This document shows, piece by piece, positions 1-10,700 of a stretch of 64,000 nucleotides of DNA. This DNA comes from Asterias rubens (lineage: Eukaryota). How positions within the stretch are numbered: the first letter of the stretch is position 1; every line of letters begins with the position of its first letter. Location: positions 9,052,001-9,116,000 of the forward strand of contig NC_047082.1 of assembly GCF_902459465.1 (NCBI RefSeq). Reading direction: 5' to 3'. The notes beneath the pieces were generated by a model. It worked only from the letters and a program-made list of their open reading frames with translations. It had not been told where the DNA came from and did no database searches. Made by a program: the position numbers and the translations under genes.

Positions 1-340
1 CTTGAATCAAGTCTAGGCTCCACCCCACCCCAAACCCCTCCCTCTCTCTATTTGCTTTTTCTTTTAAAGTTAAAGCAAATAATAAATAAACAACTAAGAA
101 TTATCGATGTACAAGAGATGAGCGAGTGCATGAGGCTGTTGGAGTTAACCGAGGCTTGTAGAAAACGGCTACAGACAAACAAACAAAACAGCGAATCACG
201 ATACAAAGACAAAACGGACAAGACGGACGATGACATTACAAAATCCTGACGACAAAATACAAAGAATACAACTAACTGAAGACGACAAAAGTAAATAGAT
301 AAGTAGTGAAGGAGAGAGGCATTGTGAAGAATATTCTTAC

Positions 341-3300
341 CGACTCCATGTGTTCACTATTGAAACCCTTCTTGAAGCTTGGACCCTGGGCGTAGAAGAT
401 AGACCTCATCTCGGGGGCTTGGTTGTCGTAGCCGTGGTCAGATGCCAGGAAAAAACTCTTGCTTGTATGGTTCTGAAACAAAAATTTATAGAAAACATCT
501 CTTATGACAGTAATTATGAATAATTCATTCATTCGTCCACTATAACATTTCGGAAACGGCCCTGGGGTCGATTTCACAAAGAGTTAGGACCAGTCCTAAC
601 TTAAGACTAGTCCTAGGAGATATAAAAAACGCATGGCTGGTCCTAAGTTAGGACGAGTAACTCGTCCTAACTCGAGATAAGACTAGTCCTAACTCTTTGT
701 GAAATCCACCCCAGGTCTGTCAAAGACGGCGGTCTATGACGTCATTATGCAATCTATAGTTGTTGAATGCACAGACAACAATGGACTTTTCATCGGTCTG
801 TCTTCGACCGCCAAAGCCGACAACTCAGACATGGCATTAGTTTATATTATACTTACAGAAAACAGGACCCAGTTGGAGTCCACGTAGCCTAAAATCTTCA
901 TGATTCTATCACTGTTTGCGTAATGAAAGCGCTCCGGAAACATTTCTTTCTTGTACACCTTCATCTGTGGATGTGCGTTCACCAAAGCGTCGTAAATCTG
1001 TGGGAAATAATGATGAACAACTCATTACTTTGGAGTCTTTGACTGTGGCTGTGGATAGACTGGCTAGCGCTAATGTATCGTTGGTGGACAGTTGAAGTTC
1101 AAACAACCTGGGGTTGACGTCACATAGATAGTCCTAATATAACTCAAGACTAATCAAATGATTCTTGAGTTATTAACAACCCAAGGCTAGTCCTAGCTTA
1201 GTACGAGTAAACTCGTGTTAATTTGAGATAGTCTGGCTCAAATCGTGTAAATAAAGTGCTGTATCAGGCAATATGTTTATGCCCGTAATCCCGTTTTATC
1301 AAGGAAGAAATTTTTGTGCTTAGCAGTTCTATGAAAATGGGCCCTGATCTTAAACCTACCGTGTCAAGTTTTCCTTCCATCGGTTCAATCTGAAAAGTAT
1401 TTCCATAATCAAGAAGGCCCATTTTAATATCGGCCTCATCGATGTAATCAAACAGCTCTAAATATCGTTGCCGATCAGTATTCACGTGACCATGATCGCT
1501 CGTCACGATGACATCAAGGGTATCATCCAATCCCAGCTCTTTCCTTTTTTCGAAGAGATACGTCACAGCATCGTCGGCTGCTTTGATTGCGTCAATCGAG
1601 TCCTGATGACCGATCCCACTGCCATGCAACGCGCTATCCGGTTGGCCAGAATAGACGATCACCAAGTCAAAGTCGTCGTTTTTCAACCAATCAAAGCCCA
1701 TGTCTATCAAGCCAGTGAGGGGATAGTCACCGAGTTGCTGCCAGGGCACACCGGGTGAATTCTTAGTTGGGCTGATTCATTGAATGGCCACGTTTCCTCC
1801 TGGGTACTGGACGGTGCCTGCCTTTAGACCCTGTTTAATTGCCGTTACCCATATAGGCTCCACTCCAGGCGTATTGAACCAATCTGTATAATTTAATGTC
1901 TCATAGAATGTCTTAGCCTTGTATCCAGTCGTCAGGTTGTAGTACTTGTTGAAGGTGATACCATGGCTTTCTGGGTACAATCCTAGACAGAAAAAAAAAA
2001 TCAAAATTAGTAGGAGTTTGATTTTAAAGTTAGCAAATACAATAACTGTTTAAAAACCTTTGGAATTTTTTTTTGGAATTTGTGTCATTTGGTAAAATTG
2101 ACTAAATTGCAAGAGAATAATGAAAGAAAAAACACTTTTGTTGCTCAAAGTGTGCTTTCAGATGCCTAACTATTAAATGGTTTCAGGCCTGAAGTATTGA
2201 CGTTTGAGCAACCTCAAAAACTAACGTTTCTTCACAGGGAGCCGTTTCTCACAATGTTTTACAGTATCAACAGCTCTCCTTGTTTTACCAAGTAAGCTAT
2301 AACATTTGTTTTGAGAAATAACCACAGTGCCTTTAAGGTATTACACTTAAAGTCACCTGGAAGTGGTATTTTTTCAAAATAAAGCTTTTGTCACTAATAT
2401 ATGTGTTTTGATGAGTGGAATGTGAATAAACAGTTAACTAAGGTTTAACAAAATCAGTTCTTATGTTATTTACAAATGTAAGAGTAGACCCCGACCCGAG
2501 AGGGCGCTGTTCGTGACGTCAATCGAGGCAGACTTTGCCTGTAATGCGTAGAGTACAATGCCGACCAGGTGTATTGCTGCTGAATGCAGAAAAACACTTT
2601 TTGAAATGTACCAACTCACGACTTGGAAGTACATGTACTTTGCACGTGTGTTACTATACGCATTGCAGGCAAAGTCTGCCTCGATTGACGTCACAAAAGG
2701 GGTAGGCGGAGTCAGCCCCCCAAACAACTTTATATATTTTTTAAACATATAAATCGTGACAAACAATTACAAAAAAAATTGTTTTATTGTTCGTAAGCAT
2801 ATACTCTTATGTTTGAAAGAAAAACAAAATATATATTTCCAGGTGACTTTAACCAAATCGCAACCTCGTACCTGTGACAATGGTGTACATACACGGCATA
2901 GATAGAGTGATGTAAGCAGGCTCCAACCAATCAGCTTTCACCCCATTCTTCTCCATGGATCTTAAACCCGGAAGTTCCTCTCCGAAAAGGTCAGCGCGCA
3001 TGCCATCTAAGAGAAGTAGCATGACCTTGTGCCTCGAGTTGGAGTCCTTAAAGACACAATTAACTTATATTAAAACTTGTACTAAAGTAGACATTTTTGG
3101 CAAATGACATGTTCTTACGTTTATTTCAATGCTACCACATAAAAAAAAAATACAAAGAATGTATAAAAGTCACCTTTAAACAATGAAAACATCTAAACAA
3201 CAGCCCCCCCCCCCCCCCCCGGCGACACAGACACAAGATGGGAAAGACAACGCATAATCAATGCCGTTTTACATAGAAAATTAGCATGGAATTAACAAGT

Positions 3301-3400
3301 TAATCATTCTGACCGTTGTGTCTTCTGCATGCTCAGCTGCGACAAGACCCAGAATCACAACGGCTCCCAGGAGTAAGATCGACGTTTTCTTCATTTCCAT
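341..3400 (-). CDS. Ectonucleotide pyrophosphatase/phosphodiesterase, ENPP6/ENPP7-like; 3' end runs off the window; in-frame TGA at 1779-1777 (possible null allele or young pseudogene)
   Basis: Phase-consistent GT-AG exons 3400-3314 (signal peptide MEMKKTSILLLGAVVILGLV), 3046-2872 (LLLLDGMRAD...YITLSMPCMYTIVTG), 1982-1360 (LYPESHG...WVTAIKQG...YPGG...QPDSALH...TSDHGH), 997-857 (ERFHYANSDRI) and 472-341 (SDHGYDNQAPEMRSIFYAQGPSFKKG). These are the hallmark NPP metal-ligand motifs. The expected last exon (VDIYPLMC-type) is not in the window. Confidence 0.92.
564..712. mobile_element. Palindromic MITE family A (GGGGTCGATTTCACAAAG termini); second copy 38484-38616, degenerate relatives ~1110-1255 and ~39450-39620
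   Basis: Terminal inverted repeats ggggtcgatttcacaaagagttaggac / gtcctaactctttgtgaaatccacccc and internal GTCCTAAC repeats; a near-identical copy lies in a PAK1IP1 intron. Confidence 0.85.
2347..2852. mobile_element. TTAA-flanked non-autonomous DNA transposon (Kolobok-like, family E)
   Basis: ttaa-agtcacctggaa ... ttccaggtgact-ttaa, plus an internal inverted repeat tgacgtcaatcgaggcagactttgcctg / caggcaaagtctgcctcgattgacgtca. Confidence 0.8.
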
Positions 3401-3494
3401 CTTGAAAAAAAAACCTGTGGGGAATGAATGCATCACAGCTATAATAATAGAAATCAAGTTATGATGTAAAGAGGCCAAACCGAAACGTCACATA

Positions 3495-3794
3495 AGCCCT
3501 TTTCACACTATAGTTATTTCCCGGGAAAATCCCGGGAACTTTTGGGAACACGACAGAAAAAAATCTCCCAGGAATTTCCCGGGAAATAACTAATTCCCAG
3601 AAAATAATTACCCCTGCTCAGGGGTACAACACGTTTTTCCGTGAGACGACCGAGCATTCCTGGGAAATACTCCCGGGAGTTACCAAATTGGGGTAGTGAG
3701 AACCGTTGCTGGGGTGACGGTAGGGTTAAAACCTCCCAGGATTTTCCCGGGAGTTTCTTTTTTGGGGAAATGGCTCTGTTGTGTGAAAAGGGCT
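3495..3794. mobile_element. Harbinger/PIF-like MITE rich in CCCGGGAA motifs
   Basis: TIRs agcccttttcacac / gtgtgaaaagggct flank many internal cccggga/tcccggg motifs. The superfamily assignment is inferred from the terminal sequence. Confidence 0.7.
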
Positions 3795-6578
3795 ATCGTG
3801 ACATTGTAACAATATGAACCTGGTGTACTTTTAGCTTGGGAAAATTATGCCATTCAATCAAAGAATGAACTGCCTATAAAGGTCGGTAGAGCATTGATGC
3901 GAATCAATGCAGAATACCAGTGATCATACACTGTCACAGACATAGGGAGTCGGTGCTGCCAGAGGGATGAACATGAATAATGTAGCAGCATTACAACGAA
4001 CTTGACCTTTTTCGTCAAACTCACCAAGCCCGTGAACAAGCACAAAATAGTACTAAAAAGCACCGTGCAGAGAAAGGCTGTTTTGCCATTAAAATATGAC
4101 GAAAGTGTAAAAAGAGAGTCAAGTTTGACATGTTGTAATACTAATATTGACCTCCAAATACAGAGCATGCCTCTGAAACTTTTAGAGTGAAAAAAAAAAA
4201 ATAAAATAAAGATTTACCCCAAAATAGTCTTTATGATATAAACGACATGTTTCGAGTACATGATGTTTTGCCATTGATGGCCACGCGGGGTCCCGGTGAT
4301 TTCACCAAGACCCAATATTAAGTGTGACACTGATGATGGCGTCAGTTGAAGTGGTCAAAATGAGACTTGCAAAACCACCCAGAAACACAAATGTTTAATG
4401 TGACTTACTTGATACAAACATCGTTTGGTAATCAAAAGCACACTCTTATACACGGCGGCACGATTCATACATGAAATGTCACCTGACGGTCGGTGATTCC
4501 AAATTCACCTATCACAAACCGAAACGACTTCAACTTATACACAACGGTATGACTTTCAAAATGGAATATTCGTGAAATAAGTAAATATCTTTCGAAAAAC
4601 AGAAGGAAATGTTTCGACTCACCACCAGAGTAAAGTCAGACTTTCAAAGTAGACGAAGCTGCTCGTCCCTACCCTCTCTCTCTATTAATGTGTTTGATTC
4701 AAAGCTGCAATGGAGACAACTAAATATAGCGTCACAGGTTATGTCTTTTTAGATTGATTTGGCGCAATACAAATGCCTATTATGTATTAATGCGCCCCAG
4801 TGAAAGCGGGTTCGGCCTTGATAGTGATCCCTCGTGCGTGTATTCTGCAAGGTCGCAAGAACGATCAAAGTGACATTGATATAAACAAAAGTACGATGAA
4901 TAATTTCCGTCAAAGAATCGATTATAACATTCAAGCAATAGATTGATTTTAGCTCGTTATATATCTTTATCATGGTGCGGCCGTCTTGATTTTCACCCAT
5001 TCAAATCAATGTTACCAAAGCGAGGCTTGAAGGAGAAATAGTCTGGTTCTTCTTTTTTCAATGAATTTTAGCATCCATTACTGTTATTGGATACAGTGAA
5101 CATGACCAAGATGGTGGAAGCATGATAGAGGTCTGTATACATGCCAGATCGACGTTCTTTCCTTTAATCTATAGTCTTCAACAACAAAAAGATGGCAAGC
5201 CACCCTTGTAGATTTGTTTTTTAACGCAAACATATCAGCAACTTATTATATAAACATGTCATTGGTCTGACGTCACAAAGTATAGTGACACAATGGTCGA
5301 CGATTGAGTGGTGGAATGGTACTGCTGCAAAAGACTACACATTGTCATTAGGCATTGCAATCATGGAGATCAAGTGAACCTTAAAAATACACCAAGCGTG
5401 ATTTATAAACCTATATTACTTTCTGTGTCATCCAATGCATGTCAACTCTAGTCTAACATTTAGACGAGTAGGCCTACCGTATAAAGGATCTACCAATTCG
5501 GCCGACTAGAAGGCGCAGTCACTTGTTAGTTGAGCAAGATGACGATGGTTTTGGCCTCTTCGTTGGCCCGCCCATGTTCCTAACGTCTTCGTGGGTGACG
5601 ATAGGCTAAATTACTGGCTCAATTTATAACAAAAACGGTGTAAGAAGAGGCGGTAAAACAAAGCGCAGAATACAATTCATTATAAAGAATGTACATTGTA
5701 CATACATGCGCAAGCCTGGGCCTCTTATACCGCATGTACCGTATAGGCTCATGCACTTATATTGCAGTCTACACCGTAATGACTTGTGACAACATTGCCG
5801 TTATGTGACCCTATTGACTATGGATTTGCAAGGGATGAACAGACTGTTAAATATGTAATCGAGGTCAGTTGCGTGATCACTGTCAGTTCTTTCATTATTC
5901 TCTTGCAACTTCGATGATCAATCGAGTCCAAATATTCACAGATTTGAAATTTCATGCATACAAGTGAGAATACTGGTCCTTGACAATTACCAAAGGTGGC
6001 CAATGCCTTTAAACTTTTTTTTTTTCTGGCAACACAGTAGAGGTCTATTTTGGTCTACATCTAATTTCAAGTCAACAGTATTATGACAAAGAAAAATAAA
6101 CATGCAGAAAGGTTTCTCAACAACTAGTTCACGTCATACCAATCCATAATTTGCTTTTATTTCACAAAATACATTATGATATTAAATAACTAAGAAGTTT
6201 TCAATATACACATGTATATATTATTATATGTATAGGCCTACGGCCGCAATTACTATGCAGGCCATCACCAAACTGTTGGCAAGTATTATAAAACCAAAAT
6301 CAAACAGGTTTGAAGCATTTTGTTGAATATTCCCCCAATTATTGAAGGTAAAATCTGGAAGGAGCAAATGAGCCTTACTATTAGCAAAAAAGAGAGTTAT
6401 GTCTGCTGCTGCGCCGGCGTCTCAAGAGGTCTCCTAAAAGAATCTCCATTAAGACACACTTCCAGGGGTTAAGATCGAGCAAACCATTCTGGGAAAGAAA
6501 CACAATTGCAAGGCAAGATCGTACACCACTGGGATGGAGGTTGAGCCAACTCCCACGATGGTGGTCTATGGAGAGAGT

Positions 6579-6592
6579 GCGCCCTCTTGTGG
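6579..6592 (-). promoter_or_regulatory. Candidate CTCF-binding site between the ENPP and Kelch loci
   Basis: The minus strand reads CCACAAGAGGGCGC, 13/14 matches to the CTCF core approximated as CCRSYAGRKGGCRS. Motif match only. Confidence 0.35.
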
Positions 6593-7059
6593 CAATATTA
6601 ATAACAGGAGAGTCTTGAATTAAGACTAGTTCATTGATCAAATCAAGGCTGGACGGAGGGGAAAATGGTCAGGCAGCTCTTTGGTATTGTGAACAATAGT
6701 ATCCACTGACCAATATTGCACGTGTGGTACCAAACACAATGGTTGAACATAGGGTTGGGCGAGATTGGTCATTCGAATCATATTCATATAGTCACAATAA
6801 TCATTCTTAGTTTATAAATAATAAATAAATATCAGTTTGTTAAATTTATATTAATGTATATTATTCTTAGTTGGGTAGTAAAAAGATGCACAACACATGG
6901 GTATTTTCATTCGGGCAGTATCCGCGGAAGAATCATCAAGTTGCATTCTTTAATTGAACATTAGCCCTCTCATTGGTCATTATCAACTGGTCAATCATCT
7001 GGCCATGTCCGAAACAATGATTGATATCCGTGGCTATGGTGAGAACGTGAAGCAGTCTG

Positions 7060-7790
7060 ATTCCTCAACAGTGGCTTTACAGATGCTGGGCCTAGCCCTA
7101 ACCATAGCCGAATGTTTTCTCAAAATGAGTATTCTCAATTGGGTAGCCATTGCTACATGGGATCGAAGTTGACTTCACCCTCTCCATACCCTCTATACAA
7201 CATCAATGGGCCATGGATTTTCTCAACAGTGTCATTACAGAGGCTGGGCCTAGCCCTAGCCGTAGCCAAATGCAGCTTCTCGAATGAGTCTTCTCAATTG
7301 GGCAGCTATCGCTACATGGGATCGAAGTTGACTTCACCCTCTCCATACCCTCTGTACAACATCGATGGACCAATGATTTCCTTAAGTGTCTTTACAGCTG
7401 CTGGGCCTAGCCCTAGCCATAGTGGGCGTGTCGATTAGCTTCCCCGGGCCGACCCCGGTCTGCCCCCAGCACATTCGAATAGCTTTGACGTCATTCCAGG
7501 GGCTCACCCAAGTGCCCGGCTTGTGGAGTGGGTTACTTGGGGTTGGCCCCAGGTGCATGATGTCACCACGAGAGGGCGAGTGATCGTTCGATTAGCTATT
7601 GTCAGGGGCTCACCCGAGTGAGCACCACCGAGGGGTAGACACAGCCTAATCGAACCCACCCAGTGTATTGGATGCGGCTTCTCAGATGAATTTTCTCAAT
7701 TGGGTAGCCATCGCTACCTGGGATCATAGTTGACCTCACCCTCTCCATATCCTCTATACAACATCGATGGACCAATGGACTTCAGTCCGT
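7060..7790. repeat. ~158-bp tandem repeat (3 units) overlapping the Kelch stop codon; third unit interrupted by a MITE
   Basis: ctgggcctagcccta recurs at ~7086, ~7244 and ~7401; ttctcaattggg...ttgac(t/c)tcaccctctccata recurs at ~7133, ~7292 and ~7693. Confidence 0.9.
7422..7665. mobile_element. GC-rich TA-flanked MITE inserted in the tandem repeat
   Basis: TA at 7420-21 and 7666-67; imperfect TIRs gtgggcgtgtcgattagct / agcctaatcgaacccacc; the repeat unit resumes on the far side. Confidence 0.6.
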
Positions 7791-10700
7791 GTATATCACT
7801 CGGTACATGCATAGTGAGACAATTCCTAACTACAGTGACCACACCGTGGAGATACAAAGAGAGAGGCATCGTTCCGACTACTGACCATTTGTCTGTGCTT
7901 GGGTCGTAACATTCGATCGAGTCCCATTTACATTTGGACGAATCAGTCTGCAGATTGTCCCCACCTGCCACATAAATCTTCCCTGAAAAAGAAAAACGGA
8001 AATATTGTGAGAAAGGAGATGGGCCTTTTTTTATAGCACATGTATCCGTTAATAAGGTACTCAAGGCACTTCAATCAATCAATCAATCAATTGATAGAAC
8101 ATTTATTTTCACATGATCTGTACTTGGAGGCATCATCCTAAAAGCCGAGGCTTGTGATGGATGTGCCTGTCACAACAATAAAAAACAAAACAGGATAAAC
8201 AGCACTAAATTGAAGAATCAAGAAATAATAACTGTTACAGTAGATAAATACACAAAGGTTAAAGCCATTATACACTTTCGGTACAGAAAAAAAAAAGTTC
8301 ACAGATTTACAAATAATTTTCATGGTTTACAGAAGGTAATGGTGAAAGACTTCTCTTGTAATATTGTTCCATGAAATGCTTTACTTTTTGAGAAAACATT
8401 AAAACAATATAAATTCTCGATAGCGAGAATTACGGATTTATTTTAAACACATGTCATAACACGGCGAAACGTGCGGAAACAAGAGTGGGTTTTCCCGTTA
8501 TTTTCTCCCGACTCCGATGTCCGATTGAGCCTAAATTTTCACAGGTTTGTTATTTTATACGAACTTGTGAATGTGATACACAAAGTGTGGGCCTTTGGAA
8601 AATACTGTTTACCGAAAGTGTCCAATGGCTTTAAACCATGGTAAAAACAAAGTAGACAGGGGAGACTTGAACACACAGAAACCAGGTCTCTGAAGATGGG
8701 TCTCTGAAGATGGGTCTCTGAAGATGGGTCTCTGAAGACAGGTCTCTGAAGACAGGTCTCTGAATTTGTTCTGTGAGCCCCCAACCAAGCCCTGCAGAAC
8801 ATAAAGCAACTACTGCCCAGAAGGCAAACCCCTTCTCTTAGCAATAAGTGAGTGAGTTTTATTTACGCTCTTTACACAACACGAGGGTTAAGTGTTAAGA
8901 CCGAGACTCAAACCCCCACTCTGTTGATCAGAAGACACCAGAGCCCCACCCCCAAGAGGATAAAAAGCCTCTCTATCTGTCTTACCATTAAGTACTGTGG
9001 CTCCAGTACACATGTGTGCACCGATCATCGGTGAGACGTTAAAGGCTTTGTCGCATGCAGGGTCGTACACTTGCACCTCCTGGAAGGCCCCACCAAAGAT
9101 GTAGATCATGTTATTCAATAAAACACTCTTACAACCTGGTAATGGAAACAACACATCAATGGTTAGAGGTCAAATATTAAAGATCAAAGGTAAGAGGTCA
9201 AGAAAGATGGAAGTAAAAGGCACAGCGGAGTGGTAGAAGTGTAGGAGAGCTGAGAACACTCTTACAACCTGGTATTGGAAACAACACATCAAAGGTTAGA
9301 GGTCAAATATTAAAGATCAAAGGTAAGAGGTCAAGAAATGGAAGTAAAAGGCACAGCGGAGTGGTAGAAGTGTAGGAGAGCTGAGAAAAGTGGCGAATGA
9401 GAGAAAACAGTACGGCGACCCAGGAGTGAACTCCAATTACAATTTGAGGATGAGGCGGCCACGGACTCAAGTCTTTGCTGAATGACGATAAATTGTTATA
9501 ATTGACTTTACCTTTTCGTACGACTTGTAGAGTATCGATAACACTCCATGTCTGAGACTGCGAATCGTAACACTGTATACCGTTGAATACATTATCGTCT
9601 GACGTGATCCCACCAATCACATACAGCCTCTCATTAAATGCAGTGACGGCTGGGAATGCAACGGGCGCTATCATTGGTTGGATACAGGTCCATGTTTTCG
9701 TTTCGGGGCTGTAGGTTTCTACGCTGGCGAGTTTGGTTATTCCGTCGTAACCGCCGATGACGTAGATCTGCCCACACAGGACAGCCGAACAATGCTGATA
9801 CCTGTTAAAATTACAAGAAAAAAGGGTTTACAGTTGGTGTGTTTTTGTTTGAAGTACATAGCACTACTGATAACAAAAGATTTGATAACGTCAAACCACT
9901 AAAATGTAATGTATAGAAGACAAAAGGAAAAAATACATTTGATTTTTGGAGCCATTTGATTGTTTTAACTCTATGTTAAGGTAAATGTCTACAAAAAAAC
10001 TAACATGTGAAAATTGCATTTCAAAAGGTCAGTCAAGTTTTTTAGAAGTCGCCAAAAATCCAGAGCGAATATATCCTTGCTGCAAGAATAATCCCTAATA
10101 GGAATACACAATATGAGAAACGTTCCTACTAAAGTAACACTTCTCAGATTAAACTTTTTACGTCTAAACACATTACTTCGAAGTGAAATAACTCCCCAAA
10201 TGTTGTATACTATCGAAAGCTGCTATAGGCTTCTAACCAAAAGGTTTGATTGGTCTTTATTTTTGATGACCAAACAGATCCCTTTCATTAACTTTTCCGA
10301 AGAAGGCAGCCACATACCTCGCAATGTTTAATCCTTTTTGAGGTTCCCACGTATCCATTTCAGTGAGGTACCTCCAGACACAGGCAGTTGCTCCTAAATG
10401 TCTCTCTCCGTCAAAGCCACCAGTTAAAAAAATATCGTTCTTAAAGCGTACAATGTCGTACATGACTTTGTTACGCAGCGTGTACGGGAGTGGCGCCAGT
10501 GTGCTCCAATGGCGCAACTGAAGGTGAGGATCGCAGCAGTATGTCTGAGTATTACTGTAAAAAAAGAAACAATAGGGTTTTTCATTTTATTATTACAAAC
10601 AAAATGCACGGGAGTTTGCCGAGATCCCTTGAAGGGAAGATTATCTAAACAAACAACCTCGATGATTGATGTATGACTTCATAAAACACAACTGAAGATT

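Noticed and set aside
48-236. Hydrophobic minus-strand ORF that looks like a GPI/TM tail for the ENPP gene
   Set aside because: It cannot be joined in phase to the exon ending at 341, the expected VDIYPLMC-type exon is not in between, and T-rich intron sequence readily gives F/L/I/C-rich ORFs.
3460-3494. CCGAAACGTC hammerhead-like 3' half
   Set aside because: No CUGANGA-like box at the right spacing and only a 2-bp stem II.
4605-4640. Minus-strand CTGAC...GAGTCGAAAC resembling a hammerhead
   Set aside because: The core does not match CUGANGA, and the sequence is better explained as a splice donor (tggtg|gtgagtc) of an upstream ENPP UTR exon.
6381-6641. 86-aa ORF between ENPP and Kelch
   Set aside because: No recognisable domain or supporting splice structure; probably Kelch 3' UTR or intergenic.
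8685-8764. CRISPR-like array
   Set aside because: Head-to-tail units with no unique spacers, in a eukaryotic intron; the same applies to 40519-40660.
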